Shown here in pieces: positions 51,034-64,000 of a stretch of DNA of 64,000 nt. The number at the start of each line of letters is the position of its first letter. The stretch's first letter is position 1. The position numbers and the translations under genes were made by a program. Source of the stretch: Luminiphilus sp. Its GTDB lineage: Bacteria > Pseudomonadota > Gammaproteobacteria > Pseudomonadales > Halieaceae. The notes below the pieces were generated by a model. That model was not told where the DNA came from, ran no database searches, and saw only the letters and a program-made list of their open reading frames with translations. The stretch lies in contig CAXPKH010000068.1 of assembly GCA_964217615.1 (NCBI GenBank), positions 319 through 64,318 on the forward strand, read 5' to 3'.

Positions 51034-52797
51034 ATGAAAACGATTTCATTCGATGGGGTCATCGTTGGCGGAGGCGGTGCTGGCATGCGCGCGGCATTGC
51101 AGCTAGCCCAGTCGGGCTACAAGACGGCGGTGATCTCAAAAGTGTTTCCGACCCGTTCCCACACGGTGTCTGCGCAAGGCGGCATTACCTGTGCAATCGC
51201 AAGCGCGGATCCCGATGACGATTGGCGTTGGCACATGTATGACACCGTGAAGGGCTCTGATTACATCGGTGACCAGGACGCTATCGAGTACATGTGCTCG
51301 GTGGGTCCGGAAGCGATTTTCGAGCTTGAGCACATGGGGTTGCCGTTTTCGAGGACTGAGGAAGGGCGTATCTACCAGCGGCCTTTCGGAGGACAGTCCA
51401 AGAATTTTGGAGAAGGAGGGCAGGCCGCACGAACCTGTGCCGCGGCCGATCGCACGGGTCACGCGCTTCTCCATACCCTCTATCAGAACAACATCAAGAA
51501 CGAGACGGTGTTCTTCAATGAGTGGTTCGCAGTCGATTTGGTGAAGAATCAGGACGGCGCGGTTGTCGGCGTGATCGCGATCTGTATCGAAACCGGAGAG
51601 ACCGTCTACGTAAAGTCCAAAGCGACAGTCTTTGCCACGGGGGGTGCGGGTAGAATTTATGCCTCGACCACCAATGCCCATATTAATACTGGGGATGGTA
51701 TGGGGATGGCGCTGAGGGCAGGTGTGCCTGCGCAGGACATGGAGATGTGGCAGTTCCATCCGACGGGTATTTACGGAGCCGGTACGCTGGTAACCGAGGG
51801 TTGCCGCGGAGAGGGCGGCTACCTGATTAATAAGGACGGCGAGCGTTTTATGGAGCGTTACGCCCCCAATGCAAAGGACCTAGCGGGTCGCGACGTGGTG
51901 GCAAGGTCCATGATCATGGAGATCCTTGAAGGTCGGGGCTGTGGGCCGAATGGCGACCATGTGAAGCTCAAGCTTGATCACTTGGGAGAAGAGGTGCTGG
52001 AGTCGCGGTTGCCCGGTATTTGCGAGTTAAGCCGAACGTTTGCACACGTTGATCCGGTGAAAGAGCCGATACCTGTAGTCCCAACCTGTCATTACATGAT
52101 GGGAGGCATCCCTACGAATATCCATGGACAAGCGCTGACGGTTGACAGTGATGGTAATGATCAAGTGATTCCTGGCCTGTTCGCTTGCGGTGAGGTCGCG
52201 TGTGTTTCGGTGCACGGTGCGAATCGCTTAGGCGGGAATTCGTTGCTGGATCTTGTGGTTTTTGGTCGCGCCTCGGGTCTGTTTATCGAAAAGGCGCTGC
52301 GCGAGGGGATCGAATTAAGGGACGCGAATCAGTCCGACATAGAAGCGGCTAACGCGCGATTGCAAGCCTTGAATGACCGCGAGAGCGGCGAGGCTGTAGC
52401 GCCATTGCGTCGTGAGCTGCAGGAGATCATGCAGAATCATTTTGGGGTATTCCGCACCGGAGAGTTCATGCGGGAGGGGATAGCCAAGTTGGATTCATTG
52501 AGGGAGCGCGTGGAGACAGTGGTTCTCGCTGACCGCTCCTCAGCATTCAATACGTCTCGCATTGAATGTCTCGAATTGCAGAATTTGTTTGAGACTGCCG
52601 AGGCGACTGCCATTGTCGCTGAGGCGAGAGACGAAAGTCGTGGAGCACACGCTCGCGATGACTTCACGGAACGTGACGACGAGAATTGGCTGTGTCACTC
52701 GTTGTATCACGGGGATGGCAAGCGCGTGTCAAAGCGAGGCGTCAACTTTACGCCCCATACCGTTGAAACCTTCCAGCCAAAAGCCCGAAGTTACTGA
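51034..52797 (+). CDS. sdhA: Succinate dehydrogenase flavoprotein
   Basis: [33 protein letters not shown]. Confidence 0.97.
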   Translation: MKTISFDGVIVGGGGAGMRAALQLAQSGYKTAVISKVFPTRSHTVSAQGGITCAIASADPDDDWRWHMYDTVKGSDYIGDQDAIEYMCSVGPEAIFELEHMGLPFSRTEEGRIYQRPFGGQSKNFGEGGQAARTCAAADRTGHALLHTLYQNNIKNETVFFNEWFAVDLVKNQDGAVVGVIAICIETGETVYVKSKATVFATGGAGRIYASTTNAHINTGDGMGMALRAGVPAQDMEMWQFHPTGIYGAGTLVTEGCRGEGGYLINKDGERFMERYAPNAKDLAGRDVVARSMIMEILEGRGCGPNGDHVKLKLDHLGEEVLESRLPGICELSRTFAHVDPVKEPIPVVPTCHYMMGGIPTNIHGQALTVDSDGNDQVIPGLFACGEVACVSVHGANRLGGNSLLDLVVFGRASGLFIEKALREGIELRDANQSDIEAANARLQALNDRESGEAVAPLRRELQEIMQNHFGVFRTGEFMREGIAKLDSLRERVETVVLADRSSAFNTSRIECLELQNLFETAEATAIVAEARDESRGAHARDDFTERDDENWLCHSLYHGDGKRVSKRGVNFTPHTVETFQPKARSY

Positions 52798-52817
52798 GTA
52801 AGTCAGGAGTTCAGAAG

Positions 52818-53525
52818 ATGCTACAGGTCAGCCTTTATCGGTATAACCCCGAGACCGACGATGCCCCCTATATGCAAGACTTCTCGGTCGATACGGGAGG
52901 GCGAGACCTGATGGTGCTCGACGTGTTGGAGTTGATCAAAGCCGAGCATGACGGAAGCGTGACTTACCGCAGGAGCTGTCGGGAGGGCGTCTGTGGCTCG
53001 GATGGCCTCAATATGAATGGGAAAAACGGCTTGGCATGCATTTCTCCTTTGTCAGAGTCGGTGAAGAACAATAAGTTGGTTATTCGGCCGTTGCCGGGGC
53101 TGCCCGTCATTCGCGATTTAGTGGTGGATATGAGTCTTTTTTACGCTCAGTACGAGAAGGTCCAGCCCTATTTGCAAAATGCCGCGCCCGCGCCCGCCAT
53201 AGAGCGCCTGCAAACGCCTGAGGAGAGGGCGCAACTTGACGGTCTGTATGAGTGTATTTTGTGCGCCTGTTGTTCGACCAGTTGCCCCTCTTTCTGGTGG
53301 AACCCTGATCGATTCATCGGGCCCGCTGGGCTTTTGCAGGCCTATCGTTTTCTGGCCGATAGCCGCGACACTGCGACAGAGGAGCGCCTGGCAAAGCTGG
53401 ATGATCCCTTTAGCGTCTTTCGGTGCCACGGTATCCAGAACTGCGTCAACGTGTGCCCCAAAGGACTGAACCCCACCAAGGCGATTGGCCATATTCGTGG
53501 CATGTTACTCAATAGGGCTACGTGA
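52818..53525 (+). CDS. sdhB: Succinate dehydrogenase Fe-S subunit
   Basis: SCREGVCGSD, CILCACCSTSCP, CHGIQNCVNVCP. Confidence 0.97.
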   Translation: MLQVSLYRYNPETDDAPYMQDFSVDTGGRDLMVLDVLELIKAEHDGSVTYRRSCREGVCGSDGLNMNGKNGLACISPLSESVKNNKLVIRPLPGLPVIRDLVVDMSLFYAQYEKVQPYLQNAAPAPAIERLQTPEERAQLDGLYECILCACCSTSCPSFWWNPDRFIGPAGLLQAYRFLADSRDTATEERLAKLDDPFSVFRCHGIQNCVNVCPKGLNPTKAIGHIRGMLLNRAT

Positions 53526-53743
53526 GATACTTTCCATTCCAGCTAGGCATAATTGCCGATTTTCCGGTTATGAGTAATATAATTATTAATTATATCGTAG
53601 TCTGGGTAACGGGTTTAGTGGAATTTCCCTCTTAAACCTGCGTGCATACGGGCGACGCCCAGCGCTTTTTTCTCGTAAGATAGCGACCGCCATCGGGCGC
53701 TGCGCCTGCTACGCGCAATAAAGAAAAAAAGGGGGGGTAAAGT

Positions 53744-56611
53744 GTGTCAAAGATGACGCCACTGCCAGGTATGCTGGCCCAGTGGGCAACCTCACATATT
53801 GCCGGCGGCAACGCTGAATATGTCGAGGCGCTTTACGAATCCTACCTACAGGACCCCAACGGAGTAGCTCCCGAGTGGCGGGACTATTTCGACAAACTTC
53901 CCCTCGTGCAGTCTGACGCGGGCACATTCCACGACCTGCCCCATTCCGTCTTGCGTGAGCGCTTTGCGCGCATCTCGAAAATGCGGGTGCGTACGGATTC
54001 GACCGTCGCGAATGATTCTCACGCAACAGAGTATGAGCGCAAGCAGGTCAGAGTGGTGCAACTCATCTCTGCTTATCGGCAGCGAGGACACCAGCAGGCG
54101 AAGCTGGATCCGCTAGGTTTGACCCCTCGCCCTGCGGTGCCAGACCTTGATCTCTCATTCCATGAGTTGAGCGACGCTGATCTGGATACGACGTTTCAGG
54201 TGGGAACGCTGTATTTTGGGCGGTCTGAGGCGACTTTGGCGGAAATTCGCGATGACCTCCAGCGGACTTACTGCGGGACGGTCGGCGCGGAATTTATGCA
54301 TATCGTTAATACCGACGAGCGGCACTGGATCATGAGCCGTATGGAGGCTGTGCGCAGTGCGCCAGAGTTTACCCGAGAGCAGCGGCTTAACATGCTTCGT
54401 CAGATGAACGGGGCCGAGGGGCTCGAGCGATCATTGGGCTCCAAGTACCCTGGTACTAAGCGTTTCGGTCTTGAGGGGGGCGAAAGCCTGATCCCAATGT
54501 TGTCCGAGACCATCCAGCGGGTTGGGGGTTACGGCGCCAAGGAAATCTGTATCGGCATGGCGCACCGTGGGCGGCTTAACGTGCTGGTCAATATACTGGG
54601 CAAAAACCCCGTTGAGTTGTTTGACGAGTTTGAGGGGCGGGTCGCCTACATCGGTTCTGGCGACGTTAAATATCATCAAGGGTTTTCCTCAAATATGATG
54701 ACGGCCGGAGGCGAGGTTCACCTCGCATTGGCATTCAATCCCTCGCATTTGGAAATCGTCTCCCCGGTGGTCGAGGGTTCGGTTCGCGCCCGGCAAGATC
54801 GCAGAAAAGATCCGATAGGCAACACTGTAGTCCCCATAGTGATCCATGGAGACGCCGCGTTCGCGGGACAGGGCGTTGTGATGGAAACCTTTCAGATGTC
54901 CCAAACCCGTGCCTATCGAACGGGTGGCACGTTGCACATTGTTCTGAACAATCAAATCGGTTTCACGACCAGTGAGCCGTCTGACGCACGTTCCACAGAG
55001 TACTGCACGGACATTGCCAAAATGGTGCAGGCGCCCATTTTCCACGTGAACGGCGATGACCCGGAAGCCGTGGTATTTGTGACTCAGTTGGCTGTTGATT
55101 TTCGTAATCAATTTCAAAAAGACGTTGTTATCGATCTTGTTTGCTATCGCAGGCGGGGACACAACGAGGCGGACGAGCCCTCGGTTACCCAACCGAAGAT
55201 GTATGAGACGATCAAAAACCACCCGACAACCCGCGAGATCTATGCGCAACGACTGATTCGCGAGGGTCTGCTGTCCGAGCAGGAGGACGCTGACTGGGTT
55301 GAGCATTATCGTCAGGCGCTGGAGCAGAATCAGCCGCTGGTGAGCTCTCTGGTGTCAGAGCCCAACAAGGAGCTGTTCGTTGATTGGTCCCCCTATCTCA
55401 ATCACCGGTGGGACGTCGCCGCGGATACGCGAGTTTCTCTGGAAGCGCTCAAAAGCCTCTCCGAACAAATGGCCGCGGTCCCCTCGGGCTTTACAGTGCA
55501 CCGTGTCGTTCGCAAGTTGTTGGATGACCGCCTCAAGATGGGCGCAGGTGCTCAGGAAGTGAACTGGGGCTTCGCCGAGACTATGGCTTACGCGTCCCTG
55601 CTACAGCAGGGATATCCCGTAAGACTGACGGGACAGGACGTCGGCAGGGGAACCTTCAGTCATCGCCATGCCGTACTCCATAATCAAAAAGACGGGGGTA
55701 CTTGGGTGCCGCTAGAGTCTGTGAGTGAGGAGCAAGCACCTTTCCAGATCTTCGACTCGCTGTTGTCAGAGGAGGCGGTTTTGGCGTTTGAATACGGATA
55801 CGCCACCACATCCCCTGGCGGACTGGTGATTTGGGAGGCGCAATTCGGCGACTTCGCAAATGGCGCTCAAGTGGTGATTGATCAATTTATCTCAAGCGGT
55901 GAGAACAAATGGAGTCGCTTATGTGGGCTCACCATGCTGCTGCCGCATGGCTATGAGGGGCAGGGCCCAGAGCATTCCTCAGCAAGGCTGGAACGTTTCC
56001 TGCAACTTTGCGCCGAGGACAACATACAGGTATGTATCCCCACCACGCCCGCGCAGGTGTTTCACATGTTACGGCGTCAGGCCATCAGACCCCTGCGCTC
56101 GCCGCTGGTAGTGATGACGCCGAAGAGCCTGTTGCGTCACAAAGAAGCGGTTTCGCAGCTGGAGGAGTTAGCTGAGGGCGCGTTCCAAACAGTGATTGAT
56201 GAGACCGACGCCCTGGATCCCGCGACCATCAAGCGGGTCATTTTCTGCTCCGGCAAGGTGTTTTACGACCTTCGCGCAGCGCGGAGAGAGCGGGAGATCG
56301 CCGACATTGCGATCATCAGGATCGAACAGATGTACCCCTTTCCACGTCTCGATCTGCTTGAGGTTCTTCAGCGCTATCAAAATCTTGAAGACGCTGTTTG
56401 GCTGCAGGAAGAGCCCAAAAATCAGGGCGTGTGGTATGCCATGCAAAGTCGCATGGCTTCTGTCGTTCAGCGACACAAGGTCGATGTATTTTTGCGCTAC
56501 GTGGGTCGTGAGCCGTCAGCGTCTGCCGCAGCGGGATACTCCGCTCTGCATTTGCGAGAGCAGGAGAAATTTATTGATGAGGCACTCGGGCCAATGCCTT
56601 GGGGCCACTAA
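53744..56611 (+). CDS. sucA: 2-oxoglutarate dehydrogenase E1
   Basis: KRFGLEGGE, GMAHRGRLN, HGDAAFAGQG, WEAQFGDF, GYEGQGPEHSS. Start is 53744 (GTG) or 53753 (ATG). Confidence 0.97.
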   Translation: MSKMTPLPGMLAQWATSHIAGGNAEYVEALYESYLQDPNGVAPEWRDYFDKLPLVQSDAGTFHDLPHSVLRERFARISKMRVRTDSTVANDSHATEYERKQVRVVQLISAYRQRGHQQAKLDPLGLTPRPAVPDLDLSFHELSDADLDTTFQVGTLYFGRSEATLAEIRDDLQRTYCGTVGAEFMHIVNTDERHWIMSRMEAVRSAPEFTREQRLNMLRQMNGAEGLERSLGSKYPGTKRFGLEGGESLIPMLSETIQRVGGYGAKEICIGMAHRGRLNVLVNILGKNPVELFDEFEGRVAYIGSGDVKYHQGFSSNMMTAGGEVHLALAFNPSHLEIVSPVVEGSVRARQDRRKDPIGNTVVPIVIHGDAAFAGQGVVMETFQMSQTRAYRTGGTLHIVLNNQIGFTTSEPSDARSTEYCTDIAKMVQAPIFHVNGDDPEAVVFVTQLAVDFRNQFQKDVVIDLVCYRRRGHNEADEPSVTQPKMYETIKNHPTTREIYAQRLIREGLLSEQEDADWVEHYRQALEQNQPLVSSLVSEPNKELFVDWSPYLNHRWDVAADTRVSLEALKSLSEQMAAVPSGFTVHRVVRKLLDDRLKMGAGAQEVNWGFAETMAYASLLQQGYPVRLTGQDVGRGTFSHRHAVLHNQKDGGTWVPLESVSEEQAPFQIFDSLLSEEAVLAFEYGYATTSPGGLVIWEAQFGDFANGAQVVIDQFISSGENKWSRLCGLTMLLPHGYEGQGPEHSSARLERFLQLCAEDNIQVCIPTTPAQVFHMLRRQAIRPLRSPLVVMTPKSLLRHKEAVSQLEELAEGAFQTVIDETDALDPATIKRVIFCSGKVFYDLRAARREREIADIAIIRIEQMYPFPRLDLLEVLQRYQNLEDAVWLQEEPKNQGVWYAMQSRMASVVQRHKVDVFLRYVGREPSASAAAGYSALHLREQEKFIDEALGPMPWGH

Positions 56612-56637
56612 TCGCGTTTTGAATAGAGGGTATTTTC

Positions 56638-57897
56638 ATGACGATTGAGATCAAAGCGCCGGCGTTTCCGGAATCAGTGGCAGATGGCGTGGTGGCCGCC
56701 TGGCATAAGCAGCCCGGCGAGAGCGTCGCGCGGGATGAGCTTTTGGTCGAAATAGAAACCGACAAGGTCGTGATGGAGGTAGTGGCACCAGCGCACGGCG
56801 TCATCGAGGCGATTATTGTTCCTGAAGGAGAGACTATTTCAAGTGAGGCCCTGCTGGCAACTTTAGTGGCAGGTGAGGGCGCTTCCGGAGCCAGCAACCC
56901 CTCTGCCGGTGGCGAGCCTGTGGCGCCGGAAACATCCTCCGCTGATGCACCCGAAGAAGAGGCAGTTGCGGGTGCGGTCCCCATGGGGCCTGCTGTTCGC
57001 GCATTATTGGAAGAGCACGGACTGGAGGCTCAAGACATTCTTGCCTCGGGTAAGGGTGGGCGCTTATTGAAGGAGGATGTCCTCGCGCATCTTAGTACGC
57101 TGACTGCTCAGCAATCATCGACCCAAGAGGGCACCCCATCCAAATCTTTGCCGGCTGCGGAGATCCTGCTGGAGGTTGGCGGGGCGACCAGTGAGCGCAT
57201 AGAAAAGCGGGTGCCAATGAGTCGTATGCGAGCGCGGATCGCTGAGCGTTTGCTGGGGGCTACACAGCAAACGGCAATGCTCACCACCTTCAACGAGGTG
57301 AATATGGCGCCTCTCATGAAGCTGCGTAAACAGTATCGAGATCAGTTCGAGGCGGTTCATAACGGTACGCGGTTGGGCTTCATGGGGTTTTTCGTGCGCG
57401 CGGCTTGCGAGGCGTTAAAGCGATTCCCGGCCGTCAACGCGTCCATCGACGGCAACGATGTCGTCTACCATGGGTATCAGGATATCGGCGTTGCCGTATC
57501 GGTAGATGAGGGTTTGGTTGTGCCGATTTTGCGCGATGCAGACTTTATGAGCATTGCCGATATCGAGGCAGCCATTCACGATTTGGGAATTAAGGCTCGT
57601 GACAAAAAACTCACTATCGAGGAGATGACAGGCGGCACCTTCACGGTATCGAATGGCGGTGTTTTCGGCTCACTCCTCTCCACACCGATATTAAATCCAC
57701 CACAAACCGGGATACTGGGCATGCACACGATACAAGATCGCCCCATTGCGATGAATGGCGAGGTGGTGATTCAACCGATGATGTATTTGGCTCTATCTTA
57801 CGATCACCGATTGGTGGACGGTAAGACGGCAGTGCAGTTTCTGGTCACCATAAAGGGATTGATTGAGGATCCTGCCAGAATTCTGCTTCAACTCTGA
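56638..57897 (+). CDS. sucB: Dihydrolipoyllysine succinyltransferase E2
   Basis: ETDKV lipoyl site, [28 protein letters not shown]. Confidence 0.96.
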   Translation: MTIEIKAPAFPESVADGVVAAWHKQPGESVARDELLVEIETDKVVMEVVAPAHGVIEAIIVPEGETISSEALLATLVAGEGASGASNPSAGGEPVAPETSSADAPEEEAVAGAVPMGPAVRALLEEHGLEAQDILASGKGGRLLKEDVLAHLSTLTAQQSSTQEGTPSKSLPAAEILLEVGGATSERIEKRVPMSRMRARIAERLLGATQQTAMLTTFNEVNMAPLMKLRKQYRDQFEAVHNGTRLGFMGFFVRAACEALKRFPAVNASIDGNDVVYHGYQDIGVAVSVDEGLVVPILRDADFMSIADIEAAIHDLGIKARDKKLTIEEMTGGTFTVSNGGVFGSLLSTPILNPPQTGILGMHTIQDRPIAMNGEVVIQPMMYLALSYDHRLVDGKTAVQFLVTIKGLIEDPARILLQL

Positions 57898-59349
<1,452 letters not shown>

Positions 59350-59425
59350 ACATTTAAGCCAGGTCTCCTCGAGCGTCCGGCATCGAGGGGGCGCGCAGTG
59401 GGCCGGGCTGAGTTGAGAGGAAAGC

Positions 59426-60595
59426 ATGAATCTGCACGAGTATCAGGGGAAGGCGTTATTCGCCGAGTACGGCTTGCCAGTCTCGACGGGTCACGCGGTC
59501 GATTCAGCCGAGGCGGCCATCACGGCTGCTCAGGAAATTGGGGGGCAGCGTTGGGTTGTCAAGGCGCAGGTTCATGCCGGTGGTCGGGGCAAGGCCGGTG
59601 GCGTAAAGCTCGTGGAGACCCCGGAAGCGGCCGGTGAATTTGCCTCGCAATGGCTTGGCCAGCGCCTGATCACCTATCAGACGGATGCCGCTGGGCAGCC
59701 AGTTTCACGCATCCTGGTGGAAGCCTGCACTGACATTGCCGACGAACTCTATTTGGGGGCTGTGGTCGATCGTGCCAGCCGAAGAGTGGTTTTTATGGCC
59801 TCCACTGAGGGCGGCGTTGAGATTGAGAAGGTCGCTCACGAAACTCCCGAAAAAATTCTCAAGGCGGAAATCGACCCATTGGTGGGCGCGCAGCCATACC
59901 AAGGGCGCGATCTGGCTTTCCGACTGGGGCTCAGCGGAGCCCAAGTGCGACAGTTTGTTGATATTTTTATCGGCCTTGCTCGGTTGTTTGCGGAAAAGGA
60001 TCTGGCGTTGATCGAGGTCAATCCGCTGGTTATTACCGAGGAGGGCAACCTGCACTGCCTGGATGCCAAGGTTGTGGTCGACTCCAACGCGCTTTACCGG
60101 CATCCAGATTTGGAGGCCATGCACGACCCGACTCAGGAGGACGAGCGGGAGGCACACGCCGCCCAGTGGGATCTCAACTATGTGGCTTTGGACGGCAATA
60201 TTGGTTGCATGGTGAATGGGGCCGGTCTGGCAATGGGGACCATGGATATCGTTAAGTTACATGGCGGCGCGCCCGCCAATTTTCTTGATGTGGGCGGTGG
60301 CGCCACCAAAGAGCGTGTAAGCGAGGCGTTTAAGATCATCTTGTCGGACAGTAATGTCAGCGCTGTATTAATCAATATATTCGGTGGCATTGTGCGCTGT
60401 GACCTCATCGCTGAAGGGGTAATTGGTGCAGTGGAAGAGGTCGGTGTAGCGGTACCGGTAGTGGTTAGATTGGAAGGAAATAACGCCGCCCGCGGGCGAG
60501 AGATTTTGGCGAATAGCGGTCTGAACATCGAAGCGGCAGAGGGTTTGGCGGATGCCGCTCAGAAAGTTGTGGCGGCAGCGGGAGGTCGCTCATGA
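59426..60595 (+). CDS. sucC: Succinyl-CoA synthetase beta subunit
   Basis: [36 protein letters not shown]. Confidence 0.97.
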   Translation: MNLHEYQGKALFAEYGLPVSTGHAVDSAEAAITAAQEIGGQRWVVKAQVHAGGRGKAGGVKLVETPEAAGEFASQWLGQRLITYQTDAAGQPVSRILVEACTDIADELYLGAVVDRASRRVVFMASTEGGVEIEKVAHETPEKILKAEIDPLVGAQPYQGRDLAFRLGLSGAQVRQFVDIFIGLARLFAEKDLALIEVNPLVITEEGNLHCLDAKVVVDSNALYRHPDLEAMHDPTQEDEREAHAAQWDLNYVALDGNIGCMVNGAGLAMGTMDIVKLHGGAPANFLDVGGGATKERVSEAFKIILSDSNVSAVLINIFGGIVRCDLIAEGVIGAVEEVGVAVPVVVRLEGNNAARGREILANSGLNIEAAEGLADAAQKVVAAAGGRS

Positions 60596-61464
60596 GTATT
60601 TTGATCAATGCCGATACCCGCGTTATTTGTCAGGGATTCACGGGTTCGCAGGGAACCTTTCACTCGGAGCAAGCGATAGCCTACGGTACCAAGATGGTGG
60701 GCGGCGTGACCCCGGGGAAAGGCGGACAAACCCATCTGGACTTACCGGTTTTCAATACGGTTTCTGAGGCGGTGGCGCAAACCCAAGCAGACGCGTCGGT
60801 GATTTATGTGCCCGCTGCTTTTTGCAAGGACTCGATTCTCGAGGCTGCCAACGCGGGTATTGAATTAATCGTTTGCATTACCGAAGGCGTACCGACGTTG
60901 GATATGCTCGAGGTGAAAGTGAAGTGTGATGAGCTGGGTGTTCGTCTGATCGGTCCTAATTGTCCGGGCGTGATCACGCCGGGCGAATGCAAGATTGGTA
61001 TTATGCCCGCGGATATTCACCTGCCGGGTCGTGTCGGGATCGTTTCCCGCTCCGGGACCTTGACCTATGAGGCAGTCAAACAAACCACGGACGTGGGCTA
61101 CGGGCAGTCGACCTGCGTGGGCATCGGGGGCGATCCGATTCCGGGCTCTCATTTTGTCGACATTCTCGATTTGTTTGAAAAAGATGAGCAAACCGAGGCT
61201 ATCGTCATGATTGGCGAAATTGGTGGTACCGCGGAGGAAGAGGCCGCCGATTTCATAAAAAGTCACGTAACCAAACCGGTGGTGTCCTATATTGCGGGGG
61301 TGACCGCGCCGAAGGGCAAGCGGATGGGGCACGCGGGCGCCATTATTTCTGGCGGTAAGGGCACTGCAGACGAGAAGTTTGCCGCGCTTGAGGCAGCCGG
61401 TGTACGAACGGTCCGATCTCTGGCAGATATCGGGGCCGCGCTCACTGAGGTGACGGGCTGGTAG
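60592..61464 (+). CDS. sucD: Succinyl-CoA synthetase alpha subunit
   Basis: [27 protein letters not shown]. Confidence 0.97.
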   Translation: MSILINADTRVICQGFTGSQGTFHSEQAIAYGTKMVGGVTPGKGGQTHLDLPVFNTVSEAVAQTQADASVIYVPAAFCKDSILEAANAGIELIVCITEGVPTLDMLEVKVKCDELGVRLIGPNCPGVITPGECKIGIMPADIHLPGRVGIVSRSGTLTYEAVKQTTDVGYGQSTCVGIGGDPIPGSHFVDILDLFEKDEQTEAIVMIGEIGGTAEEEAADFIKSHVTKPVVSYIAGVTAPKGKRMGHAGAIISGGKGTADEKFAALEAAGVRTVRSLADIGAALTEVTGW

Positions 61465-61480
61465 AGGTCAGACGCTGCTG

Positions 61481-61505
61481 AAGCCCGCCATGCGCGGGCT
61501 TTTTT
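61481..61505 (+). terminator. Rho-independent terminator after sucD
   Basis: AAGCCCGC-CATGC-GCGGGCTT followed by TTTT. Confidence 0.9.
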
Positions 61506-61528
61506 GTAAGTGCTGAGTCCCGAGAAGA

Positions 61529-61556
61529 CTTGAAATTTACACCTAGGCCCTCATTT
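61529..61556 (+). promoter_or_regulatory. sigma32 (RpoH) heat-shock promoter of htpG
   Basis: CTTGAA-N14-CCTCATTT, compared with the consensus CTTGAA-N13-17-CCCCATnT. Confidence 0.8.
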
Positions 61557-61587
61557 AAGAGCCTTCGATAAGCAAAGAGACGGATCT

Positions 61588-63495
61588 ATGACTGCTGAAG
61601 CGACACAAACCCTAGGTTTTCAGACTGAGGCGAAGCGTCTGCTTCACCTCATGATCCATTCGCTGTACTCCAACAAAGAAATATTTTTGCGAGAGCTTAT
61701 CTCGAATGCGTCTGATGCCATCGACAAGCATCGCTTTGCGGTGATTGCCGATACGTCTTTGGCAGAATCTGCAGGCGAGTACCGTGTGCGGGTTGCGACC
61801 GATGCCGAGAGCAAGACCATCACGATCGACGATAACGGTATTGGTATGTCCCGCGAGGAGGTTATTGATAACCTCGGGACGATCGCAAAGTCGGGAACTG
61901 CAGCGTTCATGGAGCAACTCAGCGGCGATCAGAAGCAGGACAGTCAGCTAATCGGGCAGTTCGGCGTGGGTTTTTATTCGTCGTTTATTGTTGCCGATCA
62001 GGTAGAGGTGATTACCCGAAAAGCCGGCGAGACGTCTGCAACACGCTGGACCTCAGCGGGAGAAGACGAGTTTACGGTTGCCGAGGCGACTCGCGAGGCG
62101 CCGGGGACGACGATCACGCTGCATCTAAAAGCTGACGCAGAGGAATTTGCCGATAGTTGGCGAGTGCGCTCAGTTATCAAGAAATATTCAGACCACATCT
62201 CGGTGCCGGTCATGATGCCAGAGGAGCGCCGCGGCGAGTCAGAAGCGGACGAGGCTCCCGAGTCGGCAGAGCCCGAGTGGAAGCCGGTTAATGAAGCAAA
62301 GGCGCTTTGGACACGCAGTCGCTCGGACATCTCAGATGATGAATATCAAGCGTTTTACAAACACATCTCGCACGATTTTGAAGACGCCTTAAGTTGGAGT
62401 CATAACGCGGTAGAAGGGAAGCTCGAATACACCTCCTTGCTCTACCTCCCGCGGAGAGCGCCTTTTGATCTGTGGCATCGCGAGGGAGCGCGTGGGCTCA
62501 AGCTCTACGTGCAGCGCACCTTCATCATGGACGAAGCAGAGCAGTTTTTGCCCATGTATCTCCGCTTCGTGAAAGGCGTATTGGATTCCAATGATTTACC
62601 GCTAAACGTGTCGCGGGAAATACTGCAGCAAAACCAGCAGGTGGATTCGATACGCGGTGCGCTGACCAAGAGAGTGCTGGATATGTTGTCGAAAATGGCA
62701 TCCAAGCAACCCGAGGAATATGCGCAGTTTTGGGATACCTTCGGGGTGGTTTTGAAGGAGGGCCCAGCGGAAGATTTCGCCAATCGGGAAAAGATCTCCT
62801 CTCTGCTGAGGTTTGCCACCACCCGGGACGATGAGGCGGCGCAGCGTATCTCACTCGCCCAGTACGTCGAGGGGATGTCTGACGATCAGAAGTCGATTTA
62901 CTACGTAGTGGCCGAAAATCATGCGACGGCGAAAAATAGCCCTCACATAGAGGCATTGCGACAGAAGGGCATTGAGGTCCTACTGTTGTCAGACCGGGTT
63001 GATGAGTGGTTGATGAGTCATCTCGGTGAGTTTGAGGGCAAGCCATTTCGGGATTGTGCAAAGGGCGAATGGGATGGAGAGGGAGACGATGAAGGCGCCA
63101 AACAGGCGCTTGAGGCGGCGGAGAAGGCCAGCGAATCTCTGGTTGAGCGCATGCAGGGTGTGCTGGGTGGTCGCGTCGATGCCGTTCGGCCCACGGTGCG
63201 GCTAACGTCCTCCCCAGCTTGCCTGACGGTAGCAGAACATGAGATGGGTGCTCAAATGCGCAAGATCATGGAGGCGGCCGGCCAAGAGATGCCCAGCAGT
63301 AAGCCAACCATGGAAATTAACGTAGAGCATCCGTTGGTCAAGCGACTCGATCAGGAAACTGACGAGGATCGTTTTGCCGATCTCGCGCAAATCTTGCTGG
63401 ATCAGGCCTTTTTGGCAGAGGGTTCGACCCTTGAAGATCCTGCAACCTATGTTTCTCGCTTGAATAAACTGTTGGTGGAGATGAGCGCGAGCTAG
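61588..63495 (+). CDS. htpG: Chaperone HtpG (Hsp90)
   Basis: [55 protein letters not shown]. Confidence 0.97.
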   Translation: MTAEATQTLGFQTEAKRLLHLMIHSLYSNKEIFLRELISNASDAIDKHRFAVIADTSLAESAGEYRVRVATDAESKTITIDDNGIGMSREEVIDNLGTIAKSGTAAFMEQLSGDQKQDSQLIGQFGVGFYSSFIVADQVEVITRKAGETSATRWTSAGEDEFTVAEATREAPGTTITLHLKADAEEFADSWRVRSVIKKYSDHISVPVMMPEERRGESEADEAPESAEPEWKPVNEAKALWTRSRSDISDDEYQAFYKHISHDFEDALSWSHNAVEGKLEYTSLLYLPRRAPFDLWHREGARGLKLYVQRTFIMDEAEQFLPMYLRFVKGVLDSNDLPLNVSREILQQNQQVDSIRGALTKRVLDMLSKMASKQPEEYAQFWDTFGVVLKEGPAEDFANREKISSLLRFATTRDDEAAQRISLAQYVEGMSDDQKSIYYVVAENHATAKNSPHIEALRQKGIEVLLLSDRVDEWLMSHLGEFEGKPFRDCAKGEWDGEGDDEGAKQALEAAEKASESLVERMQGVLGGRVDAVRPTVRLTSSPACLTVAEHEMGAQMRKIMEAAGQEMPSSKPTMEINVEHPLVKRLDQETDEDRFADLAQILLDQAFLAEGSTLEDPATYVSRLNKLLVEMSAS

Positions 63496-63611
63496 CGGGA
63501 GAATCACGCTATGGTTCCATGGCGAGGTCGTTACGGCCCGGTCTGTCCTTTCACATGCAGAGGCGGGACAGTGCTGTTGCCGCATCACCCTGACGCTATC
63601 CGGAGTGCAAC

Positions 63612-64000
63612 ATGAGTCTGGCCGGGCGAGAGGTTTCCTTTAAAGTTGACGGCCTGACTTATGCGGGGCTTGAGTGGGGTAGGTCCGATGCGCAGCGCGT
63701 AATAGCGTTGCATGGATGGCTGGACAACGCGTTGTCTTTTTCGGTTTTGGCGCCGCAACTCGCTGATTTGCGTGTACTGGCACTCGATTTGTCGGGTCAA
63801 GGCTATAGCGACCATCGCTCTGCGGATGCGACCTACCATATCTGGGACGATATCCCTCAGTTGGTGGGCATTGTCGACCAATGGGGGGACGGGCCGATAG
63901 GAATTCTTGGTCATAGCCGAGGAGCAGCTATTGCCGTGCTCCTCGCCTCGGCCTTGGGGGATCGGTGTTCACACCTCGTGTTGCTGGACGGCCTGTTACC
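63612..64000 (+). CDS. Alpha/beta hydrolase (SERHL-like), 3'-truncated by the window end
   Basis: Not in the ORF track. Manual translation from ATG 63612: MSLAGREVSF...ALHGWLDNALSF...DLSGQGYSDHR...GHSRGAAIA...LLDGLL; GGAG SD upstream. Confidence 0.85.
   Translation, partial: MSLAGREVSFKVDGLTYAGLEWGRSDAQRVIALHGWLDNALSFSVLAPQLADLRVLALDLSGQGYSDHRSADATYHIWDDIPQLVGIVDQWGDGPIGILGHSRGAAIAVLLASALGDRCSHLVLLDGLL

Noticed and set aside
63496-63611. Weak hairpin (CTGTCC...GGACAG) between htpG and the hydrolase
   Set aside because: Short stem, large loop, no U-tract and no recognisable ncRNA or riboswitch.

Overview
This is a dense, largely core-genome window from a gammaproteobacterium. Gene content and order resemble marine Halieaceae (OM60/NOR5, Luminiphilus-like), which is an inference and not a database result. 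About 59 CDS are recognisable. From left to right: an OYE-family oxidoreductase (5'-truncated), gabD, two flavin reductases and a dienelactone hydrolase; sseA-tpiA followed by a beta-oxidation-like set (thiolase-like protein, SDR, crotonase), an AI-2E transporter, a lipoprotein carboxylesterase and udk; a minus-strand acyltransferase / alpha-beta hydrolase / glutathione peroxidase / HNH-like cluster; EamA and HAD genes; DUF3501-FeS oxidoreductase-rubrerythrin divergent from oxyR; ygiQ-K+ channel-tesA divergent from ybbA-ybbP; mdh; ttcA-ccmABCDEFGHI; smc-zipA-ligA-SLT lipoprotein; phoBR; hisC; KAS III-gltA; sdhCDAB; sucAB-lpd-sucCD; htpG; and a 3'-truncated alpha/beta hydrolase. I saw no rRNA, tRNA, CRISPR array, IS element or prophage. 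Several regulatory sites can be read directly: OxyR-type boxes, a Pho box, an NrdR-like box, sigma32 and sigma70 promoters, and terminators. No unambiguous new system is evident. The best candidates are the four-gene lipid acyltransferase/hydrolase/exported-GPx/HNH operon and the adjacent OxyR-controlled rubrerythrin module. All product calls come from motifs recognised by eye.
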